Source: Eledone cirrhosa (lineage: Eukaryota). From it: a stretch of DNA of 64,000 nt. A model generated the notes under the pieces. The model did not search any database. It saw only the letters and a program-made list of their open reading frames with translations, and was not told the DNA's origin. The position numbers and the translations under genes are program-made. The DNA is taken from contig CAXHJY010001233.1 of assembly GCA_964016885.1 (NCBI GenBank), positions 1 to 64,000 on the forward strand. Direction: 5' to 3'. This document shows, one piece after another, positions 1-13,382 of this stretch (position 1 is its first letter; every line of letters begins with the position of its first letter).

Positions 1-11
1 ATATATATATT

Positions 12-57
<46 letters not shown>

Positions 58-81
58 TATATATATATATATATTTATATA

Positions 82-161
<80 letters not shown>

Positions 162-186
162 ATTATATATATATATATATAATATA

Positions 187-235
<49 letters not shown>

Positions 236-239
236 ATAT

Positions 240-296
<57 letters not shown>

Positions 297-304
297 ATTA
301 TATC

Positions 305-367
<63 letters not shown>

Positions 368-394
368 TATATATAATATATATATAATATATAT

Positions 395-439
<45 letters not shown>

Positions 440-497
440 TATATATAATATATATAATATATATATTATATATATTATATTATATATATATTATATA

Positions 498-575
<78 letters not shown>

Positions 576-585
576 TATATATATA
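1..585. repeat. Degenerate (TA)n microsatellite
   Basis: Continuous TA dinucleotides with single-base interruptions. Confidence 0.97.
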
Positions 586-742
586 TACACATACAAAAAA
601 TCAATCTTCTTAATGTAAACATTAATCGACTAATCCAGTTAATCCAATCATACTTATATACACACACATACGTTATACATAATACATAGACATACATACA
701 CACACACATACGTTATACATAATACATAGACATACATAGACA

Positions 743-786
<44 letters not shown>

Positions 787-821
787 ATACGTTATACATA
801 ATACAATAACATACATACACA

Positions 822-863
<42 letters not shown>

Positions 864-1651
864 ATACGTTATACATAATACAATAACGTACATACACACC
901 TATATATATATAAAACACACACATACACCTATATATATATATATAACCATATTTATATATATGTATATTATGGACAGCACTTTTTGATAAATGCCTCGTA
1001 AGATGTGGAATGTATTGTGTGTGTGTGGGGGGGGGGGGGGTAAGTGTGTGAGTGTGTGTAAGTGTGTGTAAGTGTGTGAGTGTGTGTGTGTCATCGTGAT
1101 AGATTAGTCTACCCAAGTCAGCTTGATCAGTTGAAGGGTCATCTTAAGACATTTACAGACAAGGAACTGTGTGAAACTAATAAAACTTCCATCTCTATTT
1201 TGTTTATTCTTGAAATCTATAGAGAGAGAGGGGGGAAGGGGGTAGGGGGGTGATAGAGAGAGAGGGAGGGGGGAATGGGGTGATAGAGAGAGGGGAAGGG
1301 GCGTGAAATCAGTTTTCTCAGTTACGTTTGGTGACATCTAAAGCTTCCCTCCTTCTCGAATGTAGGGGAAGAGTAAGACACTGATTGTGTTTCGAGGTTC
1401 ACACACTCACACACACACAACCATACAAAAGAAGAAACGCTATGTCGTTTTCTGTGAAACTGGGGGTGGTTTAATAAACGTGGGATGGACATGGTGGTTT
1501 TTAAGTCTCTCTCTCTCTCTCAAGTACAAATCTAAAAAGGAAAGACCGCCCCACCGCTAGTGCAAACTATGAAATTTGTCACAATGCGATCAAGTGAATT
1601 TCATGCATCGCTAATCTGAATCTAATATATACACATGTACGTGTGTGTGTA

Positions 1652-1711
<60 letters not shown>

Positions 1712-1822
1712 CACACATGTATATAGCTGTCACAATTCGTACAAAATAGTCGGATAAATTACCCATGGAAACGGACTAAATGTTAATACGGACGCCTGCG
1801 GGAATCGACCTACGCAATTCAA

Positions 1823-1859
1823 ATTTTCAAACCTGACACACTTTCCCTTAACCACATCC

Positions 1860-1924
<65 letters not shown>

Positions 1925-1967
1925 ATACATGGATGTGGTTAAGGGAAAATGGGGCAGGTTTGAAAAT
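1823..1967. repeat. Inverted duplication (~40 bp arms) flanking a (TA)n tract
   Basis: attttcaaacctgacacactttcccttaaccacatccgtg ...(TA)n... catggatgtggttaagggaaaatggggcaggtttgaaaat. Confidence 0.85.
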
Positions 1968-2039
1968 GTATATATATAGAGAGAGAGAGAGTGTGTACAC
2001 GAAAAGTCAACAAGGAAAAAAGCCACGTGGTGGCTAAGA

Positions 2040-2125
2040 ACAATGCAGTACCGTTGATGATTAATACTTGATATATTGTGGAATAAGTCTTAGCGTTTAG
2101 GACGTTAGTCCTTCATCGGAAGATA
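2040..2125 (-). mobile_element. Degenerate PLE-like HHR element, family A
   Basis: Minus strand reads cttCCGATGAaggactaacgtccTAAACGCTaag plus a tail homologous to 51915-52038; catalytic core mutated. Confidence 0.6.
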
Positions 2126-3582
2126 GAAGAGAAAGGTGAAATTGATAAAACTGATATAGGTTTAGTAAATTTACAAAGAAACGAACTTATATAATATCTA
2201 TATATATATAGTAAATCCGTAGAAAACTAGTAAGTGTAGCAAAGTCAGCACTCAGTGCTAGATCAGAGTGTATATAATAAGAACAAAGTGGAGGTATAAC
2301 CATGACTGATCAATAAATTCTTGATGTAACACCTCCACTTATATATATATATTTCTATATTATATATGAATTGATAGAACACAATGTGGGTGTCACTGAA
2401 CTAATCTCAAAGTCATAGAGTGAAAAATAAAAATATAATTTCATACCAAAGAAGAATTGAATTTCAATAAAGCAGTAAAAAGTAATGTTTATATTTGAGT
2501 GAAATCTGATGAAACCATATATACACATATATACACTCGTAGAAATATTGTTTCATCTGGATCGTTGTCTTTAATTAGGTCACAGTTTTATTTTTTTAAT
2601 TTCCACCCCGGTTTAAAATGTCACGTTGAATCTCCTTATGTCACGTTGAATCTCCACGTGTCTGTGGAGTAATTCTCAGCCATTTACACGTTTATTTCAC
2701 GAGCAGGACTCGACGGAGGGAGGCAGCTGCCAACTATATCAAGATTATACAGTTTTGTTTATTAACATACTTGTTAGTGCACACATACAGAGAAACTCTC
2801 TCTAACACATACATACACTCTCACTAACACACACACATACATGTATACACATTCTCTCTAACACACACTCTATCACTAACACATACACATCATGTATACA
2901 CATTCTCTCTAACACTCTCTCACTAACACATACACATTCACTCTAATACACACACACTCTCTCTCTAACATACACATGCATGTATAGACATTCTCTCTAA
3001 CACACACACACACACTATCTCATACACATACAACCCCAACTCAGAGAAATAAATTCTCAGTCCCAGGCGAATTAGTGTATTTGTTCAATTGTATTAGAAA
3101 TTCCATCCATGAAGATAGATATGAATTCTCGGGTGATTAGATTAATAAATATTGTAATTAATCAATAGATATATTTTTTAAAAAATCGAACGTTTAAAAC
3201 CAAGCAGAGATTGTTGTATATAAGAAGTTGAAAGGAGGTCAGGAAAACAGGTCAGTTTTATTGAGTTCATTCATAAAAAATATAGTGTGTCTTATTGGTA
3301 ATAAATGTCAATTAAATGTTATTGTTTGCTGTTTAGGTCTGTGTTAAACTTAATCGAATAAGATCTATGATAGGATGTGCCCCAGCTGTAACCACCCTGT
3401 TAAAGCCCTAGGCACTGAAAACATTGTGAAGGGTCGATTGGTCCATTGTAAAATCCGGCACTGGAATAACAAAAAATAAAAACAAAAAACTCCATGTGGT
3501 CCCTCTTTACTTGAGGCCCTATGTACGAACTTATTTTTGTTACTGGTTAATCCTGGCCTGTGTACATATGGCTATGATAGAA

Positions 3583-3735
3583 TTGTTTCTACTTTTGGCA
3601 CAAGGCCAGCAATTATCCCAGTACATTACTGGTACTTTATTTTATCGACCTTCGTAAGGATGAAAGGCAAAGTTAACCTCGGCGGGACTTGAACTCAGAC
3701 CGTAAAGGGGCGTAACTCTATGCTGGAAAGCATAA
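3583..3735 (-). mobile_element. tRNA-derived SINE, family S1 (Nin/Deu-like central domain)
   Basis: Reverse complement has B box gagttcaagtccc, gcctttcatccttacgaaggtcgataaaataaagtaccag and a 3' gctggccttgtgccaaaagtagaaac end shared with >20 copies in the window. Confidence 0.85.
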
Positions 3736-3860
3736 ATGTACAACGTGACCTATACCAATATCTTGGTAGTCCATGTCTAGTGTTTAGAGTCACTATTTTT
3801 TTTTTTTACATAAGACTATCGAAAATCTAAATCCAACAAATGTGAACTAGTTTCTAAATT

Positions 3861-3919
<59 letters not shown>

Positions 3920-4202
3920 CTAGAGCTGAACGATCACGAAACGTGCGCCACACGTAAATATTCTGAAGTTAACTTTGCCTTTCATTCATACAGGATCGAT
4001 AAAACAAAGTACCAGTAATGTACTGGCGTAATTGCTGGTCTTGTGCCAAAAGTAGAAACTGTTATATATACCATTACGCTCTGCTTATGAAGCACAATGA
4101 CCAAAGTGTAACACCAATCGTGTAATATAGGAAACCGGACCTAGTTATGTGTCGAGTGCTGGAACTGGTGTACCAGTTGTAACAAAGTTATACTATATAT
4201 AT

Positions 4203-4335
4203 AACAAAGGAATTGTGGTAAGGAACCAGGTGGACCATAACGCACCAGAGTACTCAATACTTAGGGTAGTAGAGTGGGAAATAGGGAAAAAGTATGACCC
4301 CGACGGCAGAGCTCAAACCGTTTCGACTTTTTTCC
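4203..4335 (-). mobile_element. Family B TA-embedded hairpin element, hairpin partly deleted
   Basis: Tail nearly identical to 7214 and 15734 copies; only one hairpin arm remains (ends ...gtttcgac tttttttcc). Confidence 0.85.
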
Positions 4336-4611
4336 TATATATATATCATCATCCCCGACGTAAAATGGTGATGATGATGATGATACATATAAATCTTCCT
4401 TTATATAGCGGAAGTAGAAGAGAGAGAGTGTGTGTTGTGTGTGTGTGTTTATTAGAAATGTCTATTGTAATATATTTACGCCCTTATTTATGAATTAGGA
4501 AGTCAAGATTAAAGTTTGTTTTGTTTTTATGTTTGTTTTTCCTCTCCAGTTTACTTTTAAGTGGTAAACAATGTTTTAAAAGATTATTTAACCTAGGATG
4601 GTAGCTATTAA

Positions 4612-5190
4612 GTAGTAGTAGTAGTGGTTGTGGTGGTGGTAGTAGTAGTGGTTATGGTGGTAATGGTAGTAGTAGTAGTGGTTGTGGTGGCAGTGATAGT
4701 AGTGGTAGTAGTAGTAGTGGTGGTGGTGGTAGTAGTAGTGGTTATGGTGGTAATGGTAGTAGTAGTAGTGGTTGTGGTGGCAGTGATAGTAGTGGTAGTA
4801 GTAGTAGTGGTGGTGGTGGTAGTAGTTGTAGTAGTGGTTGTGGCGGTGGTGGTAGTAGTGGTAGTAGTAGTAGTAGTAGTGGTTGTGGGGGCAGTGATAG
4901 TAGTGGTAGTAGTAGTGGTGGTGGTGGTGGTTGCGGTAGTAGTGGCTGGGGTAGTAGTAGTGGTGGTAGTAGTTGTGGTGGTGTTGGTGGTAGTAGTAGT
5001 GATGGTGGTAGTAGTAGTGATAGTGTTGGTGGCAGTGGTGGTAGTAGTAGTGATGGTGGTAGTAGTAGTGATAGTGTTGGTGGCAGTGGTGGTAGTAGTA
5101 GTGATAGTGTTGGTGGCAGTGGTGGTAGTAGTAGTAGCAGTAGTAGTAGCAGCAGTAGTAGCAGCAGTAGTAGCAGCAGCAATAGTAGCA
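4612..5190. repeat. GTA/GTG/GCA trinucleotide mosaic
   Basis: Low-complexity triplets; source of the poly-V and poly-L/P pseudo-ORFs. Confidence 0.95.
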
Positions 5191-5626
5191 TTATGTTACT
5201 GCTTCAGAAGAGAATATATTAGTGACAAGGTCGATATATGGTTTAGTATGACGATGATGATGATAATAACATATGTACATATAATATTATATGGAGGAAA
5301 ATGAGATAGGTAGGTATGGACATATAGTCAGTGTGTGTGTGTATATATATGTGTGTGTGTGTGTGTGTGTATGTAAGAGAGAGAAAAGAGAAAAGGGGAG
5401 AGAGAGAAAAGAGGAAGAGAAGGGAGAGAGGTGTGTGTGAACGAGTGTGAGACAGTAAATGTGCAAAATATAAACAAACAGTAATCCATATACTTTCACA
5501 GAGAGGACGTATCACACACACACACACACACACGTGTGTATATGTATGTATATATATATGTGTGTATGTATATATACAAACATACATATATACACATACA
5601 CACGTGTGTCTGTGTGTATATATATG

Positions 5627-5685
<59 letters not shown>

Positions 5686-5701
5686 ATATGTATATATATA
5701 T

Positions 5702-5732
<31 letters not shown>

Positions 5733-6555
5733 CACATACATATATACACACACTCATATATATACACACATGCATATATACACACACATATATATACATA
5801 TATATGTGTGTGTGTGTATGAATGTATATATATATATAAACAATTTTACTTAACTCTATACTATCTGTGGTTTCAAGACGAATAGAAAATGTCGAAAATG
5901 GTGTAGAAGAAGAAGTGTGTAAATAAAGAATAAAGAAATAATTTTACCGTCCAATTTCTCCCGAGTAAACAGAACCGACATCACCAACGATATACATGGT
6001 TGTGTTGGGAGGGTTTTCGGTATTTATGTTGGAGTGAGAAATATTTACATCGCTTCAATACAAGTGGTCGAGAAGAGAGAAAGGGAGTGATAAATAGATA
6101 GAGAGGGATATAGACAGATAAAGAGAGGGCGTGATAGAGAGAAAGGGAGAGATAAATAGATAGAGAGGGATATATAGAGACAGATAAAGAGAGGGAGTGT
6201 GTGAGAGAGAGATACAATTAACATTTTTTTCTCTTTCTTTCTCTCTCATCCTAAAACGGATTAAAGACAGCATGCCGACTGTCCAAAGTAAAACTGTCAT
6301 GTATAACTAATTGACGCTTGACCTCACAGTGACCGCTTGCTTATATTTTCGGGACCTTGATAAGTTAGGTTGGGTTGCACCTCTTCAAATGCCATGTGTG
6401 AATAATTTCAACAAAAATAGTTTGTTTTGTTTTGTTTCGTTTTGTGTTGTTTTGTGTTGTGTTGTTTTGTTTGTTGAAACTTTTCGACGAAACTCAATCA
6501 AAATATTTGTCTAACGTCTAGCACTGTGGAAGTGGTGGGGATGGCCTGTGTACTG

Positions 6556-6637
<82 letters not shown>

Positions 6638-6639
<2 letters not shown>

Positions 6640-6777
6640 CGAAGGAAGTGTGGTAAGGAACCAGGTGGACCATAACGCACCAGAGTACTCGATATTTTGG
6701 GTAGTAGAGTGGGTAATAGTCCAGAAATAGCCGTCGAAAAGGCTTGAGCTCTGCCGTCCGGGTCCTGAACATTTTCA
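6638..6777 (-). mobile_element. Family B element, one hairpin arm missing
   Basis: aacgaaggaagtgtggtaagg...gtgggtaatag joined directly to tccagaaatagccgtcgaaaaggcttgagctctgccgtccgggtcctgaac; TA-flanked. Confidence 0.85.
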
Positions 6778-6813
6778 TATATATATATATATATATTTCC
6801 ATTACCACTGTAA

Positions 6814-6900
6814 GGGGTCTGACGAGCCGCGGATTACAGAGTCGGGATAGATCGATACGGATCGAACCTTGAACTGATCAGTGGCGAAACGCGCGTCACC
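6814..6900 (+). ncRNA. Type I hammerhead ribozyme, PLE pseudo-LTR type (GUC site)
   Basis: ggt-CTGACGA-gccgc...gtggc-GAAAC-gcgc-GTC-acc; AATAAA at 6905, tail ends in TA repeat at ~6953. Confidence 0.85.
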
Positions 6901-6967
6901 AACCAATAAACGTGATAAAGGAGTAACCAATCGTCCTTGTTATTTTATTTCACTATATATATACGTA

Positions 6968-7126
6968 TGAAAAGATCGAGGACCCCCGACGGCTGAGCAC
7001 CGGATGTAGCTGTCGAAACGGCAGAAGATCAGCCGTCGGGGTCCTGAATCATTTCATATTACCCACTCTACTGTGCCAAGTATCGAGTACTCTGGTCTAG
7101 CTGGGTTTTTTTACCGCACCCTATCT

Positions 7127-7130
<4 letters not shown>
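6968..7130 (+). mobile_element. Family B subfamily element
   Basis: ggacccccgacggctgagc...tagctgtcGAAACGGCagaagatcaGCCGTCggggtcctgaa plus tail tattacccactctac...tatcgagtactctgg. Confidence 0.8.
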
Positions 7131-7198
<68 letters not shown>

Positions 7199-7213
7199 TA
7201 TATATATATATAT

Positions 7214-7400
7214 AACAAAGGAATTGTGGTAAGGAAGCAGATGGACCATAACGCACCAGAGTACTCAATACTTAGGGTAGTAGAGTGGGAAATAGGAAAA
7301 AGTATGACCCCGACGGCAGAGCTCAAGCCGTTTCGACGGTTATTTCCAGAAATAGCCGTCGAAACGGCTTGAGCTCTGCCGTCGGGTTCATACTTTTTCC
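7214..7400 (-). mobile_element. Family B element with complete ~55-bp-arm hairpin
   Basis: Hairpin 7292-7403 (2 mismatches, 2-nt loop); 80-bp tail; (TA)n on both sides. Confidence 0.9.
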
Positions 7401-7740
7401 TATATATATATATATACACACACACACACGCGCGCAATCATTCTTTCTAACATTGAACCAGTATTTGACTGGTTCTTTATTTTATTGACCCCCGAAAGGA
7501 TGAAAGGCAAAGCTGACCTCAGCAGGATTTCAATGTTAAGAGCAGGAAGAAATGCGGTATTGCGTTCGCCACGGGACACAGCTGATATAGTCGTATAGTG
7601 CCCTAGACAAAGGGGTAGAATCTACCCCTCCCCCCCCTTCTCTTACATTCTCTATTTAATATATGTTTTTTTATTGCAAACAAATATATATTATATTCCT
7701 TTTATCAACTCTGGTACGATTTATATTGAGACCATAAAGG

Positions 7741-8330
7741 GATGATGATGGTGGTGGAGATGGTGGTGGTGATGATGATGGTGATGGTGATGGTGGTGGT
7801 GGTGGAGATGATGGTGATGGTGGTGATGATGATGATGGTGGTGGTGGAGATGGTGGTGGTGGAGATGGTGGTGATGATGATGATGATGGTGGTGATGATG
7901 GTGATGATGATGACGATGGTGGTGATGGTGGTGATGGTGGTGGTGGTGGTGATGATGGTGATGGTGATGGTGATGATGGTGGTGGTGGAGATGATGGTGA
8001 TGGTGGTGATGATGATGATGGTGGTGGTGGAGATGGTGGTGGTGGAGATGGTGATGATGATGGTGGTGATGATGGTGATGGTGGTGATGATGATGACGAT
8101 GATGATGATGGTGGTGATGGTGGTGATGGTGGTGGTGGTGGTGAAGATGGTGATGATGATGATGGTGGTGGTGATGGTGGTGATGATGATGATGGTGGTG
8201 ATGGTGGAGATGATGATGATCATGATGGTGGTGGAGATGATGATGATGGTGGTGATGGTGGAGATGGTGGTGATGATGATGATGATGATGGTGGTGGTGG
8301 AGATGGTGGTGATGATGATTGGTGATGGTG
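7741..8330. repeat. GAT/GGT trinucleotide mosaic
   Basis: Low-complexity triplets; poly-M/V pseudo-ORF. Confidence 0.95.
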
Positions 8331-9036
8331 GAATTCTATAACCTCCTCTCTTACTCGGCCTTTCAACAAATATACAAAATGTTATTCGGTATCAGAGATA
8401 AATTTGTTGGGGGGGGGGGGGATATAAATCTATGTTAATGATTTTTCACAGCATAAATGTCATACAAACCTCTATTTTCTTTCCCTATAAATCTAAGGTT
8501 TTGAGCTTGTCAAAAGAAATCGATAGATTTAAGCTGGTCCACAAAGCAATAAAAAATTAGGTTGTTTTATAAATTTTTTTTTTTTTCAATTTTCTTTTTT
8601 TTTTTCACAGCGAAGAGCGAAGTGAAATCGATGAGAAGCTAATAATTAAAAATATATATATACAATAATAAAACGACTATTACAGCAATGTATTGATTAT
8701 AGTAATCGAAAGAAATGGCACTGACATAATTTTCACCAAAATGTACTTTAATACGACATATCAATATTTAGCCATTGTTTTGAAAACAAACGATTTATCA
8801 ATAAATGATATATTACGGTTGGCACAAGGCCATGAGAACGTTATCGCGAGAGAGTAGAGTTGATTAATAGATACCTATTTTATCGAACTTGCAAGAATGA
8901 GAACCAAAGTCGACTCCTATGAGATATGAACATAAAAGAGCGAAAGTTAAATAAAGCGAGAGATATTAAACCGGTACATCTCTTGTTTGTTATGAACTTC
9001 GTTGAATTAACAATACAGTAAAACGTCCATTAGAGA

Positions 9037-9595
9037 TGGCGATTGGTAGAGTCGTTAGAAGGTCAGATAGAATGTTTGGCGGCATTTGTTTCGGCTTTCT
9101 ACTCTCTGAGTTCAAATCCTGCCAACTTTGGCTTTCATCCATTCAAGGTCGATAAAAAAAGTACCAGTCTAATACTGGGGTTGATTCTTCCTGTATGTCT
9201 CTTTCTCACTTCCATGTACTATACGTGGAACTATACCAATATCGTGGTAGTCCATGGCTATGTACATATAGCTACATGATGTAATGCAGTGATGTACCAG
9301 TCTAATACTGGGGTTGATTCTTCCTGTATGTCTCTTTCTCACTTCCGTGTACTATACGTGGAACTATACCAATATCTTAGTAGTCCATGGCTGTGTACAT
9401 ATAGCTACATGATGTAATGCAGTGATGTACCAGTCTAATACTGGGGCTGATTCTTCCTCTATATCTCTTTCTCTTGAAGAATTCTGCTGTATTGAGGCCA
9501 AGTGATAGGATGGGGCTCCGCCAGGTTTAAACATTGCCTTCGAGATGCCGTATGCCGATGCGACATCCTCACGACACCCTCAAAAGTTACAGGTT
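9037..9595 (+). mobile_element. S1b SINE (long 3' variant) with internal 133-bp tandem duplication
   Basis: A/B-box head; gtaccagtctaatactgggg recurs at 9161, 9294 and 9427; 3' part shared with ~15400-15670, 22930-23280(-) and 34097-34400. Confidence 0.8.
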
Positions 9596-11097
9596 AAAAG
9601 CGTCAATTATCAATTATCCGATATAAATGTCAAAGCTACCGTGAATATCTAATACTAATCAGCCATACCGTGTGTAATCCTAACCCGAGAATACCACTGG
9701 TATTATATTTCAGTTGGTTAATTGTGGATTGGAATTATTGAAGAACGTGAAATGGTTACATAAGATTGGTGTGGCTAACACATGTGCGACAAACACGATT
9801 TTATGTTTACAATTACCAAAAATACACACACACACATATGTGTGTGTGTGTGCGCGTGTGTGTACGTAACGTACGTATGTACTATTGAGTTCGTTTGTAG
9901 CTGTTGCGATGTCAGTGAAAAAAAAAATTATCGACAATCAGAGAGAAAGGCGAGAATGTAGAGCCGTTGATGGTGAAAATACACCAAAGTTTACACAAGA
10001 CTACATTGGAGGACTCATAAAAACTATGTAAATATGCTTTTTTTTAAAACGTAATTACGATTAATATGGCTTCTCTTGTTTACAATCAAATCAGTTATCC
10101 AAACAAAATACCCCCACCCGCCCACATTTCAATAATCGATATCTAATTGTGATTGGTATGAAAATTAGAGATAGCGGCCTATTTATTCAATATTTGTACG
10201 AGCTTGGGCGGCGGATTGGGAGACTCGTAGAGCGTCAGACAAAAGGCTTTGCAGTACTGGAACTTGATTTAATCAACTTCACTCCCCCCCCCCTCAATAA
10301 TTGCTGGCCTTGTGCTTAAATTAGAAATCCAATATTTGTACGAGCTGAAGCAGGCGAGGAAAAAAAACACCGTAAGTATGTGTACAAGTTTGTCTTTGCA
10401 CCTGACAATAGAGGTCCACTTTTAGAATCACTGCTCCACTATACAGTGGTAGACATAACTGGGACTTCGAAACCTAAGGTTGCACATATATGTTAAGTAT
10501 ACAAACAGTAATATAAACTATACATACAGAGAGAGAGAGAGAGAGAGGTGATAGAAAGGGGGAGAGAGAGAGTCCCGGGTTTTATCGGAGGTAAGAAAAG
10601 CGAAAACCATAAAAATAATAAAAGAAACAAAAGAGAAAAACAACAGATAAACCAAACATCTCTTAGATCAACAATAACAACAACTATAACAACATTGGTA
10701 ACAACAACTGGAAATACGACAACAACAACAACAACAACGTCTAACTTAATGAAGTTAAAATGTTTGTAGAAGTTATTTCCGTTTTTATACAATTTACTTA
10801 AAAATATATATAATAAAAAACTGCAGAAAATTAATTAAAAAAAACGTTTTATGCAAAATAGTTTTTTGTGTGAAACTACAGAGAGGGGAACAATATGGAG
10901 ATTGTGAGGTGTGGTGGCGGAGGGGGAGCGATGCCCAGGGTGGAGGATTCATAAAGTAAGGTGGTGGTGATGGTGGTGTGGTAGAGGTTCACTATCAACA
11001 GGTAACATGAATCAGCAGTGTATATACATCAAGGTAAACACACGCAGATGAGTCAGTAAGTGGATTAATTGTATATATGTATGTGTGTGTATATATG

Positions 11098-11177
<80 letters not shown>

Positions 11178-11806
11178 ATCTCACACACACACATACACAT
11201 ATATATTATTTATCCTTATTTAAAATTTGTTTTACCCGAATTTTTTTAGGAAGAGGTTTCAAATTTCATATAGCTTAGGGTCTGAGCAGGTGAAAATCCC
11301 GCCGTGGGTACTACACCCATATTGGAGACGAGTACAAGAGCAAGGATTTACTATGAAATCCCTTCTTCCTTTAAGACAGCAGTGGTGTATGATATGAAAG
11401 AATTTAAGAATTTAGCTCTTATATCTAACATATTAAGTAGCAGCATAGAGGAACCCCGTAGTCTGGCTCGTGATTAGTCAACATGGAGTGTTTTCAGCAT
11501 TAATAAGATTGAAAATGAAAGGGTAAAAGTGGTTTGTTGTTGTTTTCTGAGAGAAGAAAGAGTGCTGTTTGTTGTTGTTCAGTTGAGTGATTGTTTAACA
11601 CCGTGAAATGGCTGAAAGCAGTCGTAATTGTAAACAAACAGCCGTGAGCACGCGATGAGCCCAAGATCGATAGTATTTCAATGATGTAGCTAGAAATGCG
11701 GTCAAACAGCTGTCAGACACCGACTAAGTGCTGGTAGATTGTTTAATATGACCAAACCAAGGCGGCGGCAATTGGAAGATCTTGTTGAAACCTCCCTTAC
11801 CTCCAT

Positions 11807-11857
<51 letters not shown>

Positions 11858-11861
<4 letters not shown>

Positions 11862-12009
11862 AAAAGAGTCCGACCGTTTCGACAGCTAGATCGGATCGAG
11901 TTGTCGAAACGGCCGAAGCTCAGCCGTCGGGGTCTTTTCCTATTACCCACTCTACTACTCTAAGTATCGAGTACTCTATGGTCCACATGGTATCTTACCA
12001 TACTTTCTT

Positions 12010-12012
<3 letters not shown>
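11858..12012 (+). mobile_element. Family B subfamily element
   Basis: ccgtttcgacagctagatc g gatcgagttgtcGAAACGGCcgaagctcaGCCGTCggggtc plus tail; TA-flanked. Confidence 0.82.
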
Positions 12013-12042
<30 letters not shown>

Positions 12043-12140
12043 GGTGTGGGATGCTTAAAGCGTCCGTAACCGGTAGGCCGTTTGAGCACTCGATGCTCTT
12101 ACAGAGCAAAGTATGGAAACTCTGCTTCGTAGAATCGAGA

Positions 12141-12231
12141 CGTATCTGAGGACCTTGCGATTTCAGAGTCAGGTTCGATCATTACATCGATCGTGCCTCG
12201 AGCTGGTCGCCAGAGAAACGATTGTAATATG
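12141..12231 (+). ncRNA. Type I hammerhead ribozyme with long stem II (GUA site)
   Basis: cgtat-CTGAGGA-[gcgat..agg..cgatc/gatcg..cct..gtcgc]-GAAAC-gatt-GTA-atatg, then AATAAA at 12235 and tail into (TA)n. Confidence 0.7.
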
Positions 12232-12588
12232 CCTAATAAATTTTATTCGTCGCAACACTGATTCTCCGTTTCTTATGTGATATATATATGCATATATATA
12301 TATATATATATACGTATATATATGCGAAACCCCCAGTGCCGGATTTAGGACGAATGAGGCCCTGTGCTAATTAAGTTACGAGGCCCCGTAAATCCAGCAC
12401 CTAAAACTTCAGAGTAACAAGACTAAACTATTTAGCGCAATAAAATGAATATTTAAATTCTACTTCGGAATTGAGTACTCTTCCGTCTGAGCTGTCAACC
12501 AAATACGGATATATATTGACATTTACATATACATATATTGTCATATACATACATATATATGTATACATATATATACACACACACATAT

Positions 12589-12627
<39 letters not shown>

Positions 12628-12644
12628 TATATATATACACACAC

Positions 12645-12677
<33 letters not shown>

Positions 12678-13350
12678 TATATACACACATATATATGCAC
12701 ACATATATATATTTACACACACACACACATATATATATATATACACACACACACACATATATATATACACACACACACACATATATATATATTAACATCC
12801 TGTACCGTAAGAAACCACAAAAGCAGGGCATTCTTTATAAAAGAACAAAACAAAACACTATAACCTGCACCATATTAAAAACATTAGAAACATCAATTAA
12901 TAAATCCATTTATTAAAGGATGTTAAGAGTTAAACAACCTAAATTAAAGCATTGAGAAGGAGAGAAAGAATTACTTTCCAAACACCAAATAAATTTGTTT
13001 ACAGATTTCTTCAGAAAAAGAAAATATTGCTGTTGCTGTATTTATTTATTTGTGTGTGGTGTGGTGTGGTGGGAGGTTCGAAGTCAACACTTTAAAGCAT
13101 AAGTGTATAAATATGTGTTTGAAAATGATATTTTATTAATGTACTTTCTATATAATCAGCTTTATTATTTATTTACACCTCCGGTGATCTGCTAAATTGA
13201 ATCGAAAAGAGTGTATATTTTTTTTCTGTTAATGAGGCGAACGCCCGCAAGTTTAATCTGCGGTCTAGCCTTTTGATTCCCGGTAGAAGTCACTTTGTCT
13301 CATGTTACACCATCACAACCCGCCCCCCTCTACACACACACACACACACG

Positions 13351-13382
<32 letters not shown>

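Noticed and set aside
12333-12399. Tiny hAT-like MITE (gtgccggattta/taaatccagcac); other transposon-end fragments at ~3450 and 28695-28760
   Set aside because: Too short, and no target-site duplication identified
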